Position numbers and translations under genes: made by a program. Positions 1 through 9,476 of a stretch of DNA of 64,000 bases are shown in pieces. The notes beneath the pieces were generated by a model. The model ran no database searches. It was not told the DNA's origin and saw only the letters and a list, made by a program, of their open reading frames with translations. The DNA comes from Myxococcota bacterium (GTDB lineage: Bacteria; Myxococcota_A; SURF-8): NCBI GenBank assembly GCA_965140415.1, contig OZ223209.1:1728001-1792000 (forward strand), read 5' to 3'. Position 1 is the first letter of the stretch; each line of letters opens with the position of its first letter.

Positions 1-1375
1 AGCCTTCCTGGGGCATGGGCTGGCAACTATAGCCGGTTAACGCGCCGCAGGTGTAACCCCATTGACAGCCGCCGCTGGGACATTCCGGGCGACAGTCGCC
101 GGTGGTCATGTCGCAGACCAGGTCGCCTTCGCACCAGGCATCGGGTGCCACCTGCTCGCGACAGTCCTCTTTTTCGATGCAGCAAGGTGACGATGGCGAG
201 CAGCTCGGGTCTTCGGTGCAGACTTCCATCGGAGCGCAAGGCGGTTCACAGCAGGGACCGCAGGTGCCGCTGTTGCAGCATTCGCCATCGGAACAGGCTG
301 GGGTGCAGAAGGTTTCACAGTACCCCGTGGTGCCGTTACACAACCCCGTGGAGCAGCCGTTGATTCGGCAGCCGTCCTGGCAGTAGCCGGATAAACAGGT
401 CAACGGTTGGGTACAATCTTCGTATGTATCGCACAGAATCTTTTCTTCGCATTTGCTGTCTTTGCAAACATAGCCTTCCGGACAGAGAATGCGATCCGAG
501 CAGCGAGCGCAGCCGCCGACGCCGGAATCGCCATCGAAAATGCAGACTTTTCCGTCGCTACAGGTGTTTTCCTCACTTTGCGGATTGCAGACCGTACCGC
601 AGTGGTCGTTTAGAATGCAGATCAGATCTCGTTGGCAAAGTTGGCTACCGTAGCAGAATTGACCGTCTTCCCTGCCGCTGCCAGTAGGTGCAACGCAAAT
701 GCCGATACCCTTGCTGGAGTTGTCGCCTTCGTCGATGACGTGACAGATATTACCGTCCTGGCACTCCGGGTTAAAGGGATCGCATTCCGGGGCGCATTTG
801 GAGTTGTAGGGATCGCAATGCTGGTTTGGCAGGCAGTTCCGGTCGTCTTCGCAGCGACCCGTTGGAATCACCGATCCCTGATCTTCGTCTTCATCGCCGC
901 CACTATCGCCATCCGGGGTGACGTTGTCGCCGTCCGGCTCTTCAATTCCGCAGCGATTGTTAAACCAGGTCCGATCGGCCACTGGGACGCAGTTCCCGGC
1001 GATATCCGGCATGTTGGGGCATTCCAGGCAGTAATGATCATCCGGGCAGCCTTCGCCTGTCGTGCAGTCTCCGGCGCAAGCACCGTCTGTCTGACCGCCT
1101 TTGACAAGGCAAAGCCCGTCACACGTGGTATTGGATACCGGATAAATGCAGACGTATTGCCCGTCGGCACAGGTGCCGGTGCAGGAATTTCCGGTGCGAT
1201 TGGTGTCGGTATTCTGGTCGCCATCTACCGGCTGGTAGGGTCGATCCGGTGGAATGTACTGCGGGATGTCCGGATCGCCGCCATTGCCGTCGTCTTCCGA
1301 ATTACAGGCCGCCAGTAACAGCAGACTTACACACAACCATAAAAGCAGAAAGCGGTTTTTTCGAATGTGGGACAT
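1..1375 (-). CDS. Cys-rich lipoprotein, 3'-truncated by window edge; paralog of 1676..3691
   Basis: Not in the ORF track because there is no stop inside the window. Hand translation from ATG 1375 gives MSHIRKNRFLLLWLCVSLLLLAAC-NSEDDGNGGDPDIPQYIPP, then DGD linkers, CEDDRNCLPNQHCDPYNSKCAPECDP and CCNSGTCGPCC. The frame stays open to the edge. Lipobox LAAC. Confidence 0.9.
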   Translation of the reverse strand, partial: MSHIRKNRFLLLWLCVSLLLLAACNSEDDGNGGDPDIPQYIPPDRPYQPVDGDQNTDTNRTGNSCTGTCADGQYVCIYPVSNTTCDGLCLVKGGQTDGACAGDCTTGEGCPDDHYCLECPNMPDIAGNCVPVADRTWFNNRCGIEEPDGDNVTPDGDSGGDEDEDQGSVIPTGRCEDDRNCLPNQHCDPYNSKCAPECDPFNPECQDGNICHVIDEGDNSSKGIGICVAPTGSGREDGQFCYGSQLCQRDLICILNDHCGTVCNPQSEENTCSDGKVCIFDGDSGVGGCARCSDRILCPEGYVCKDSKCEEKILCDTYEDCTQPLTCLSGYCQDGCRINGCSTGLCNGTTGYCETFCTPACSDGECCNSGTCGPCCEPPCAPMEVCTEDPSCSPSSPCCIEKEDCREQVAPDAWCEGDLVCDMTTGDCRPECPSGGCQWGYTCGALTGYSCQPMPQEG

Positions 1376-1488
1376 GATACGACTCTTTCTTTTCTTCTAG
1401 TGGGAGCGAAAGCTCCTCGAACCGAGTGAAGCCGGTTGTACGATAACGAAAAACGCACGAGCGGTCACATTTCACTCATCTGATATCC

Positions 1489-1518
1489 AGTATGACTCGG
1501 AATCGATCTCGGGGTCAA
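1489..1518 (-). promoter_or_regulatory. possible sigma70 promoter for the first lipoprotein
   Basis: TTGACC-N18-CATACT on the minus strand, ~115 nt upstream of ATG 1375. Confidence 0.35.
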
Positions 1519-1675
1519 GCGCCAATTCGCAAGACGAAGTCGGCACAAGAGCGACAGTCGAGAATCGATTTGCTACATAATGAAGTTCCTTGCTGCTCCT
1601 TGTTGCTCCAAGCTGTTTGTCAGAACTCGCGGTTGCTTCTCGGAACACATTTTTATTGAAGACTACGTTCAATTG

Positions 1676-3691
1676 CTACTTTGCGCAGGCTTCCTTGGTA
1701 AAGCGCGATTCACACAACGTGCTGCCGTTTTTACATTTGGTCACGAAATTCCCGGCTTCATTGTCCCAGTAAAGATGGCAGCCTTCATAGCCGGTTTCGT
1801 CGTAGCTTAAAATCGACTGCGAGTCGCAGGAACCGAATTCCGCAATCCATAGGCCGCTGGCGCTGGTGCCTTCAAAGGCGCGGAACCAGCAGGCGGCGAT
1901 GCTGCTGGCGCGGCTGACGGTCACTGCTGCCTGACGCTCGGGGCAACTTGCCTGCTCGGAATCGCGGCACCAGGAACCGACCAGTGCATCGCATTCCGGG
2001 CAGTCGTATTCGCTTGGAGTCGTGCTGTCGTCGATGCCGGGCAGACTGCATCCGACGCCCTGCACACAGTATTCCGGCGGGCAGCAGACGGTTTTGCCTG
2101 CCTGTGCCATGCAACAGCCCGAATTGCCGCAGCAGGAGAGGTATTGCCCTCCAAGGCGCGAACAGGAAACGCCGTCGGGAATGCAACTGATGCCGCACAG
2201 ATTGGTGGCCACACACTGATTGGTGTCGCCGAACGCGCAACGTTGGCAGTTGTTGTCGCAGACATCGCCGAAAATGTCCGGTTCGTCGCAGTATTCCGGG
2301 CTTTCCGGTTTGCAGCGGAATTTCGTCGAGGCGTCGCATTTCCAACCCCAGGGACAATCTTCCAGGCATAATCCCAAACAGACGCCCGAAGACGGGTCAC
2401 AGGGCTTGTTGCGACAGAAGCCTTCCGGCTTCAAGCGACAATCGACCCGGTCATCGCAGCAGTAAAAATCATCCTGGCAGGAAGGCGTGTAGCGGCAGGT
2501 TTCATCCAGACCGCAGCCCTGGCAACAGGGACCGCAGGTGTCGTGATCGCAGCATTCGCCTTGCGGACAGGAAACCGCGCAGATGTCCTCGTAGCAGAAT
2601 TCGCTGTTATCGTCGCAGGTTCCGCGCTCACAGCCGGTTTGGCTGCAACCCGGTCCGCAATGGCCGTGGAAACAGGCTTCATCGTTTTCGCAATCGGCGC
2701 TATTGGTGCAGACCGCGCCCAGAGAACAATATCCATCGAGGCATTGCAGGCCGCTGTCGCAGGGATTGACCGAGTCGCTGCAAAACGTGCAGGTGGAAAC
2801 TCCACTGTTTTCGTAGGATTGACAACGTAACCCGTCGGTGCAGGCGGTTTCATTGTTGGGATTACAGGGAATCTCGCAACGAGATGCCTTGCCACAGATC
2901 AGGTTTGCCTGGCAGGGGCGGCTGGCGTGACAGACTTCGCCTTCGCCGTAAGCATTAGCGATGGGATCGACGCACATGCCTTTTTTTGAACCGCTGGAGA
3001 GTGCGGTGTTTAAAATCACTTTACAGAGTTGATCGTCGGGACAGGTTGGGATAATGGGGTCGCATTCGGGAACGCAGAGATTGATTTCGAGATTGCAATG
3101 CTGGCCAAGCGGGCAGTTCTGCTCGCTGGCGCACCAGCCTTCGCCGCGTTCGATGTCTTCAATGTCGCCATCTATAGGGGGCATCTCGTCCGGGTCACCG
3201 TCTACGGGAAGATCTATGTCTGCCGGGGGTTGATCGCCATCGACGACTGGCGGTGTGCCTGGATCGCATAGGAAATCTTCATTTCCACCGTTGCGTTTGC
3301 AGGAGGTGAAACCCGCGCAATCCTCATCTTCCAGTTGACCGCAGGCGATCAGCGCGGAGTAGGTTTGCTTGATATTGATGTTGGAGCACATTTCCAAGCA
3401 TTCCGCATATTCGCGGCCATCGATGGCGGTGCAGGTGTTTAGCAGGTTACAGTATTGATCGCAGATGGGTTTGCAGGCTCCGGCAGAGACCGGCGCTTCA
3501 TCGCCGTCCGTGCTGGTCTGGTTGTCTCCGTCCGTGCTTGGATTGTTCGGGGTGTTGCCGTCTCCGGGGGTATATACCGGAATATCGTCTTCGGTTTCTG
3601 ATCCCGAGCTACAGGCGCAAATTTGCAAAACGCAAAAAACAAACAGCAGAAACATCGCCGGGAGTGCGAGTGAGTTCACACGGTGTTTCAT
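1676..3691 (-). CDS. Cys-rich lipoprotein with DGD linkers (EGF/EB-like modules)
   Basis: Lipobox ICAC-S, DGD acidic linkers, a Cx3Cx3C helical module and many Cx5Cx5C modules. Confidence 0.9.
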   Translation of the reverse strand: MKHRVNSLALPAMFLLFVFCVLQICACSSGSETEDDIPVYTPGDGNTPNNPSTDGDNQTSTDGDEAPVSAGACKPICDQYCNLLNTCTAIDGREYAECLEMCSNINIKQTYSALIACGQLEDEDCAGFTSCKRNGGNEDFLCDPGTPPVVDGDQPPADIDLPVDGDPDEMPPIDGDIEDIERGEGWCASEQNCPLGQHCNLEINLCVPECDPIIPTCPDDQLCKVILNTALSSGSKKGMCVDPIANAYGEGEVCHASRPCQANLICGKASRCEIPCNPNNETACTDGLRCQSYENSGVSTCTFCSDSVNPCDSGLQCLDGYCSLGAVCTNSADCENDEACFHGHCGPGCSQTGCERGTCDDNSEFCYEDICAVSCPQGECCDHDTCGPCCQGCGLDETCRYTPSCQDDFYCCDDRVDCRLKPEGFCRNKPCDPSSGVCLGLCLEDCPWGWKCDASTKFRCKPESPEYCDEPDIFGDVCDNNCQRCAFGDTNQCVATNLCGISCIPDGVSCSRLGGQYLSCCGNSGCCMAQAGKTVCCPPEYCVQGVGCSLPGIDDSTTPSEYDCPECDALVGSWCRDSEQASCPERQAAVTVSRASSIAACWFRAFEGTSASGLWIAEFGSCDSQSILSYDETGYEGCHLYWDNEAGNFVTKCKNGSTLCESRFTKEACAK

Positions 3692-3921
3692 CGTTTCTAT
3701 TTCCTTTTCGTTTATTTATTGTCAACACCGAGCCCGTCGATCCCTGCATAGACGCTGACGTCGATGTCATCCGACTATATAGTTTATAGGGAAAAAAATG
3801 TCTACCAGTTTTCGGGGATATATCAATTTTACTGGCGTTTTACGGAAAAAACATCAGGTTGGATCGATTCCAAATATGCATGTTTTCAATGCATAAAATG
3901 GAAGAAATTCGTTTCTTTCGC

Positions 3922-3949
3922 TTGACAACTCGTTTCCTACTAATACAAT
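3922..3949 (+). promoter_or_regulatory. sigma70-like promoter
   Basis: TTGACA-N16-TACAAT upstream of 4096. Confidence 0.55.
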
Positions 3950-4095
3950 CGCTTACCAACAGGGGTTTGTACCCTCAATGATGACAAAGCAGTAATTAAA
4001 CATACCACAGGGTTTTCAGTTAGCCGAGGCGTTTTGCTTGCGTCGATCGGTGTGAGTGGGTTTGTGGATCAGCAAAAAAACGGGAGAGAGAGAAA

Positions 4096-5421
4096 ATGAA
4101 AAAGCAATGGTTTGTGGTCTTGGGTGTTCTAGTGGGCATGTTTGCCCTGACCAATTGTGACACGACGCCTGAAGATGGCGAAGGCAATTGGGCGAAGTGG
4201 CCGCTCGGTCTGAAAGTAGTCGGCGAACGCTTGGAAACGGTTACGACGACCTGGTACAAGCAGGTAAAGGGAAGTAGCGCTGTCGAGCAGAAGGGGACGA
4301 TCGAAGCCGGAATGTATGCCGGTCAGTCTTCCGGTACGAGAGAAATCGTTGAAGAAGGATCTCGCTGGTTGGACTGGGAGATCATCGGTAAAATCGATAC
4401 GCGCGAATTCATTCCCGGTCTGGACAACATCGAGCAGGTTCCGGTGCATGTCGCCGAGTTGGTTGAAGTGTTTACCGGCAAGGTTTTTTCGCAGGAAACT
4501 TTCAATCAGGAGCAGGCGCAGAATGTGCTGTTCCAGTATCGCACGGAAGCAACCGACTATCTGGATCGCGAAACCACAGCTTCTCATTTCGGTCTGGCTG
4601 GCGACTACTATGTCGTGACGATCGGCGATCTGAGCTCGGTTTACGGCGAACTAAAGGACAGCGATACCAAGAGCACCAATTATGCGCATCTGCTGACCAA
4701 AAAAGATCCGGAAGTCGGTGATTTCTGGGTTTCCGAAAGCGGCAACGCCACCTATCGCGTGGTTGCTTCCGAAGAAATGAAAGTGGACAAGAAACGCGGC
4801 ATGGCTTATGAAGTCGAAGTTCGCGAAACCAGCAACGCCACCAACGACATCGCTGGACTGTGCTTGAAGGAATACGCGGACCGCGACACCCAGGGCGCGA
4901 CGGCTGGTACCCCGCCGGTTGGTTTCAACTATGACAACCAGTATCCGATCATGCACCTGGACCCCGGTTGCGAAGGCAGCTTCGTGCATCGCAAAGTGGG
5001 TACGGAATGGTGGATGGAAAACGTTCTGGTCAAAGAAGAAGCCACCTACTACGAAGTGCAGATCAACGACTACGGTTATGAGTGGATCGTGGCCAATGGC
5101 AATGTCTGGCAGCGTGTCACGGCTCGTCAGATGACCCCGGACGTTCCGCTGGATGCCAACAAGTTCGTGGAATACACCATGAGCGTACGTGAGGTTTCCT
5201 ACGAAGCCGATACCTGGGAAGAGCCGGAAGACTACGAAGGCCCCGAGGGCGATTTCCCGACCAATCCCGAAGATTACCTGGATGATGGCTCGGTCCCGGC
5301 TCCGAGTTGGACCTATCCCAATGGTGTTCCGGACGGTGATGAGCCGGTCGTAGACGGCGACACCGCCGTGGACGGCGACACTGCCGTGGATGGTGATGAT
5401 GACATGATCATGGATTTCTAA
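4096..5421 (+). CDS. hypothetical acidic lipoprotein with C-terminal DGD repeats
   Basis: Lipobox LTNC, purine-rich RBS, strong codon bias, C-terminus VDGDTAVDGDTAVDGDDD. Confidence 0.9.
   Translation: MKKQWFVVLGVLVGMFALTNCDTTPEDGEGNWAKWPLGLKVVGERLETVTTTWYKQVKGSSAVEQKGTIEAGMYAGQSSGTREIVEEGSRWLDWEIIGKIDTREFIPGLDNIEQVPVHVAELVEVFTGKVFSQETFNQEQAQNVLFQYRTEATDYLDRETTASHFGLAGDYYVVTIGDLSSVYGELKDSDTKSTNYAHLLTKKDPEVGDFWVSESGNATYRVVASEEMKVDKKRGMAYEVEVRETSNATNDIAGLCLKEYADRDTQGATAGTPPVGFNYDNQYPIMHLDPGCEGSFVHRKVGTEWWMENVLVKEEATYYEVQINDYGYEWIVANGNVWQRVTARQMTPDVPLDANKFVEYTMSVREVSYEADTWEEPEDYEGPEGDFPTNPEDYLDDGSVPAPSWTYPNGVPDGDEPVVDGDTAVDGDTAVDGDDDMIMDF
5353..5400 (+). repeat. 18-bp tandem repeat encoding DGDTAV
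   Basis: gacggcgacaccgccgtg / gacggcgacactgccgtg / gatggtgat. Confidence 0.8.
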
Positions 5422-5448
5422 TTGCGATAGATTCGCAGTGTGAATGAC

Positions 5449-5481
5449 AAACGGGGAGATCTTTGGATCTCCCCGTTTTTT
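5449..5481 (+). terminator. intrinsic terminator
   Basis: aaacggggagatc-tttg-gatctccccgttt followed by T's. Confidence 0.85.
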
Positions 5482-5615
5482 CATATCCATAAGACATTCG
5501 GTTCTTGGTTTTGTTACAAAAGAGATGTGAAAACTGCATGATCTGCAAAAAGTATGAAGCACTTTGAGATTGAATCCTCACATACTGGTCATTATTTGAA
5601 TTTAGCGATGTTCAT

Positions 5616-5690
5616 GTCATTACCTGCGAAGGCAGGTAATCCAGGTTCTTAAATAAAATCAATGAATTGTCTGTCTGCACGGACAATGAC
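5616..5690. repeat. REP-doublet-like palindromic element
   Basis: GTCATTACCTGCGAAGGCAGGTAATCCA ... TGAATTGTCTGTCTGCACGGACAATGAC: two inverted short hairpins resembling the GTCATTCCCGCGAAGGCGGGAATCCA class of repeats. Confidence 0.6.
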
Positions 5691-5735
5691 ATCGTGGTTG
5701 GTATCGGCAAAATTATTTTTGCACTGCCATAAACG

Positions 5736-5765
5736 AAAAAAGCGGGCAAGTGTTTTGCCCGCTTC
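5736..5765 (-). terminator. intrinsic terminator of the cyclophilin gene
   Basis: agcgggcaa/ttgcccgct stem, with an A-run that reads as a U-tract on the minus strand. Confidence 0.7.
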
Positions 5766-5790
5766 GTCGAATTTTTGTTGCGGAGTTGTT

Positions 5791-6432
5791 CTATCTTTTA
5801 ACGATGCGCACCTTTTTCAGTACGACATCTTCTTTGGGTTTGTCGCGAGAGTCGCGTGGGACATTGGCGATCTTATGGACGATCTCCATTCCCTTGACGA
5901 CTTCACCGAAAATCGTGTGTCGATTGTTCAGATGCGGAGTCGGTATTTCCGTAATGAAAAACTGGCTGCCATTGGTATTGGGACCGGCGTTGGCCATTGC
6001 CAATAGTCCTGGACGATCGAAGAGCAGGCCCGCTTCGAATTCGTCTTCAAAGCGATAACCGGGACCGCCGGTGCCGTTGCCTTTCGGATCGCCTCCCTGA
6101 ATCATGAAGCCGGGGATTACACGGTGGAAAATGGTGCCATCGTACAAAGGCTTGTACTGTTTCTGCAAGGATTTCGGATCGACCCATTCCTGATCGCCTG
6201 TCGCCAGACCGATGAAGTTCTTGACGGTTTTCGGCGCTTTATCCGCGAATAGTTTGACTTCGATTTTTCCAAGGCTGGTTTCCAGAATGGCATGTGTTTC
6301 TTTTTTCACGTCCGCCGCTCCGCCTTTGCCTTTTGCATCGCTGGAGGCGCCGTTCGATGTGGACTTGTTGGAACAGGATGCCAAGGCGAAGGAAAGAATA
6401 AGGATTGTGATGACTAACACGATTTTCTTCAT
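5791..6432 (-). CDS. cyclophilin-type peptidyl-prolyl cis-trans isomerase, lipoprotein
   Basis: [33 protein letters not shown] and HTIFGEV motifs; lipobox LASC; ATG 6432 with GGAGG RBS. Confidence 0.95.
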   Translation of the reverse strand: MKKIVLVITILILSFALASCSNKSTSNGASSDAKGKGGAADVKKETHAILETSLGKIEVKLFADKAPKTVKNFIGLATGDQEWVDPKSLQKQYKPLYDGTIFHRVIPGFMIQGGDPKGNGTGGPGYRFEDEFEAGLLFDRPGLLAMANAGPNTNGSQFFITEIPTPHLNNRHTIFGEVVKGMEIVHKIANVPRDSRDKPKEDVVLKKVRIVKR

Positions 6433-6647
6433 ATGTCCTCCTACATCCAAGCAGGTTTAGCGATTACCGCCAGATTGTTTCCTGGTAGATAACCAATGTC
6501 GTGCGAATTTTATTCGCCGCGAAATATTTTTGCTGGGGTGGTGTTACCCCGAAGGATCATGACCGATCCGGAAGTGTTTTTTTCTGCCGCACCGCCATCA
6601 CCTTTACTTGATGATTATGGCGGTCATTGCGTGAGAATTCAAGAAAA

Positions 6648-8087
6648 TCAGAAATAATAGAAAAGACCGATCATGGCGCTGATGCCGTGATGCAGTCTTC
6701 GAATGGGTACGTTGTCGCCGATGGAGTAGCCGCTGCCGCGCTTGTCTCCATTGTCATCGACGAATTCCACCAATTCCACAGCGGTCTTGTCGCTGTTCAG
6801 CGGCAGATCCTCGCCGTTAAGCCAGAAATTGGTGTTTAGATCATCCTCGTTTTTATTGAGTGCATAAGTCAGCAGGTAGCGTACTTCAACTCCGATGCCG
6901 AAGTGATGCGTTACGAGATACTCGATACCCAACGCCAGCGGCATCTGCAGGTTGAAATAACTGATCGTGTCGTTCTGAGCCTGCAAGGCAGGGCTATATT
7001 GGCACTGGCCGTCTGCTGCATTGAAGGCATAAGGAACGGCGCATTGGTTGTTGACGACCGGCTGATAGCCGGACTTGGCATAGTCGGGATGCTGATAGGT
7101 TTCCTCGACGTGAACGAGTTGTAGCTTTTCATCGTCCAGGCTGTATTGCTGCCAGGAAAAACCGAGACCGGCCTGGAAGTAAGGCAGCAGTCGACCTTCG
7201 GAAGGTTGGAATCGAACCATCAGATTCAAGGGAATGCGCATGGTCTGGTAATCCAGTTCGGTAACGCTGACATCGGTGATGGCGTCGAAGTCCATCGATC
7301 CCTGGGCCTGTACGAAAGAGACCCGGCGATTCTGCGCCGAGTAGCGCTCGGCAATGGATGTCGCGAAACCGGTTTCGATGACCACTTGCATCCAGGGCTT
7401 GACCTGGATACCGCCACTGACATTCAGAGTCAGCAGGCCGGGAAGAAGATAGGCGAAAGAGGAATCATCGTTGGTCGGTCCTACCGGCATTTCGTATCCG
7501 GTGCGGAAAGTCAAAAAGAAACTTTTCTTTTTTCGTGAAATATTCAGGCTTTCGATCAATCCGGCAGTGATATCCGGGGCAATGCCCTTTTCTTCCAGCG
7601 CCAGCGCGACCACGGCGGCATGCAGCGAGCCGATCAAACCTTCCTGATCGCCGGTCAAGGTCTGGTTGACGCGCCGGACGACGCTGGCGTTTCTGACATC
7701 GATCAGGGTCAAGGCCAGTAAGTAGGTGGCTCCGACCTTGCCGACGCTACCGCGAATGAGGAAGTCGCTGTCCAGTTTCTGGCTGGCGCGGGCGAGATCC
7801 TCGTCGCTGTCTACGCCCATCAGTTGCTTGAATTCCACTTGACCAAGCAGCGCCTGAAGTTCATTTTGTGCCATAACTTCATATAGATAAGTGCGCTCCA
7901 GCTCACTGGCTAGCAGATCGGTCAGGCTGGCGGTGACGCTTTCCGGGACGCCGTTTGCGGCTAATGGCAGAACGATTACATCGCGTTTTTGTTCCTGCGG
8001 CTCCGTTGTTTCTTCCTGGGCAAATACAGTGCTTGTAAGCACTAACGAAAGAAGAATCACCAAGAGTGTCGTGCATTTGGCATTCAT
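6648..8087 (-). CDS. secreted protein: CsgG/TolB-N-like alpha/beta domain plus C-terminal outer-membrane beta-barrel
   Basis: Signal peptide (VFA-QEE); LTDLLASEL...FLIRGSVGKVGATYLLALTLIDV pattern; alternating beta strands with PYFQAGLG, terminal GLFYYF. Confidence 0.7.
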   Translation of the reverse strand: MNAKCTTLLVILLSLVLTSTVFAQEETTEPQEQKRDVIVLPLAANGVPESVTASLTDLLASELERTYLYEVMAQNELQALLGQVEFKQLMGVDSDEDLARASQKLDSDFLIRGSVGKVGATYLLALTLIDVRNASVVRRVNQTLTGDQEGLIGSLHAAVVALALEEKGIAPDITAGLIESLNISRKKKSFFLTFRTGYEMPVGPTNDDSSFAYLLPGLLTLNVSGGIQVKPWMQVVIETGFATSIAERYSAQNRRVSFVQAQGSMDFDAITDVSVTELDYQTMRIPLNLMVRFQPSEGRLLPYFQAGLGFSWQQYSLDDEKLQLVHVEETYQHPDYAKSGYQPVVNNQCAVPYAFNAADGQCQYSPALQAQNDTISYFNLQMPLALGIEYLVTHHFGIGVEVRYLLTYALNKNEDDLNTNFWLNGEDLPLNSDKTAVELVEFVDDNGDKRGSGYSIGDNVPIRRLHHGISAMIGLFYYF

Positions 8088-8369
8088 GAATCATTCCCCG
8101 AATTGGTTGTCGCATCTTGCAGCAAAAGCATGCTGCGTGTGTGCGAAACTGGTTATGGTCGGACAAACATGCGAATATTTTCGCGTTTACAGCCGGGCTA
8201 TGTCAAGCCTTTTGTCAAAAAGAGCATTGCCGAATGGAAGATTGGACGTGTTTTGGTGGTGAATATTCACTGAAATCGAGATGCTTGGGAGATGCCGAAT
8301 TCGTACTCTTCTGGCAAAAACTTTTGCTTTCTTGGGAGTATGTTGGTGAAAAGGGGAACTTCGCCCGAT

Positions 8370-9050
8370 TCAGTCCATTTCCGTCAGCAGAATGGTGGTT
8401 GCGATCATCGTGTCCCAGTCATTGAGTTCTCGCTCACTCAGGCCGGGCACGATTTCTTTTAGCCGATCGAACAGTTCCATTTCGGCTTCGTTGAAACCGA
8501 TCAAATCGAAGGGGATGCGGTGACGGTCGGGATGTTGCAGCGGGCATTCATCTTCCAGCACGAAACCGCTGACCGGATCGACGAATGGCACGCCCTGAAA
8601 ACGGCAAATAGAGGGGCGATGGGAGTAGATACGGCATTGCTGCTTCTCATTGAGAAAAGGGCAAGGTGTTTCTTCCAGATGTTGTACTTTGTCCTCTAAG
8701 TTTTCCGGAATATCGCCCATCGTTTGGGGGAAGCTCCAGCCCTCCATTTCGACCTGACTGATCAATTCTTTCGCTTTTTCATACACCACTTTTGCAAAAC
8801 GCCGCGAGCGTTCCTTTTTCAGGATAAGTAGTGAATCTAAAAGGGAAATTTCGAACACTCCCCGGCAACAGTCACAGCAACCGGGAGAACAGGTCGCATC
8901 GACCTCTCCGAATTGATGAGCTTCCTCGAAACGATGGTCGATTCGTTGGAGTAACTTCTTGTAATTACTCAGCAACTTGTCGAGATCACCTGCTTCGAGA
9001 TGCTCGATGAGTTCTTTTACCGTCCGATATACCATGCAGGCATTGTACAT
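8370..9050 (-). CDS. YkgJ family cysteine-cluster protein
   Basis: CSPGCCDCC, CPFL, CRIYSHRPSICR. Confidence 0.85.
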   Translation of the reverse strand: MYNACMVYRTVKELIEHLEAGDLDKLLSNYKKLLQRIDHRFEEAHQFGEVDATCSPGCCDCCRGVFEISLLDSLLILKKERSRRFAKVVYEKAKELISQVEMEGWSFPQTMGDIPENLEDKVQHLEETPCPFLNEKQQCRIYSHRPSICRFQGVPFVDPVSGFVLEDECPLQHPDRHRIPFDLIGFNEAEMELFDRLKEIVPGLSERELNDWDTMIATTILLTEMD

Positions 9051-9476
9051 ATTATTTCTGACATTTCAACAAATTTTATAAAAACCGGATTTTAAGGAAA
9101 TCAGGGTTTGTTTTCGCGTTTTCATGGCATTGAAGCTGTGAGAATTAAGCCGCCTTTCCCACAATAAATTGGAAACGAGGTGTGAATTGGTGTAGGATTT
9201 GCATGAATTAGTTAATGGACTCGGCCATGTGGTGCTTGCCACAGACATCAACCTGGACAAAAGGTGTTGCATGTGGTAAATTTTCTTTTGTTATTCCAAA
9301 AGGCTACCTCTCCTTACCGGGGATTGAGGGGGAGAGGTCGAAGCCACTCTCACATACCGGGGATTTGGATGACCACGAATGATGTGCAAAATATATCGTA
9401 TATTGTGAAAAAAATGCGACCTTCGCTTTCCCAACCCGGAGTAGAATCCGGGAAAAACAAAATCCGAGGTGTTGTC

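Noticed and set aside
1472-1672. 66-aa ORF between the paralogous lipoproteins
   Set aside because: It has a TTG start, no recognisable features, and overlaps a plausible promoter.
9264-9476. N-terminal 71-aa extension of the giant protein given by the ORF track
   Set aside because: The RBS and signal peptide point to ATG 9477.
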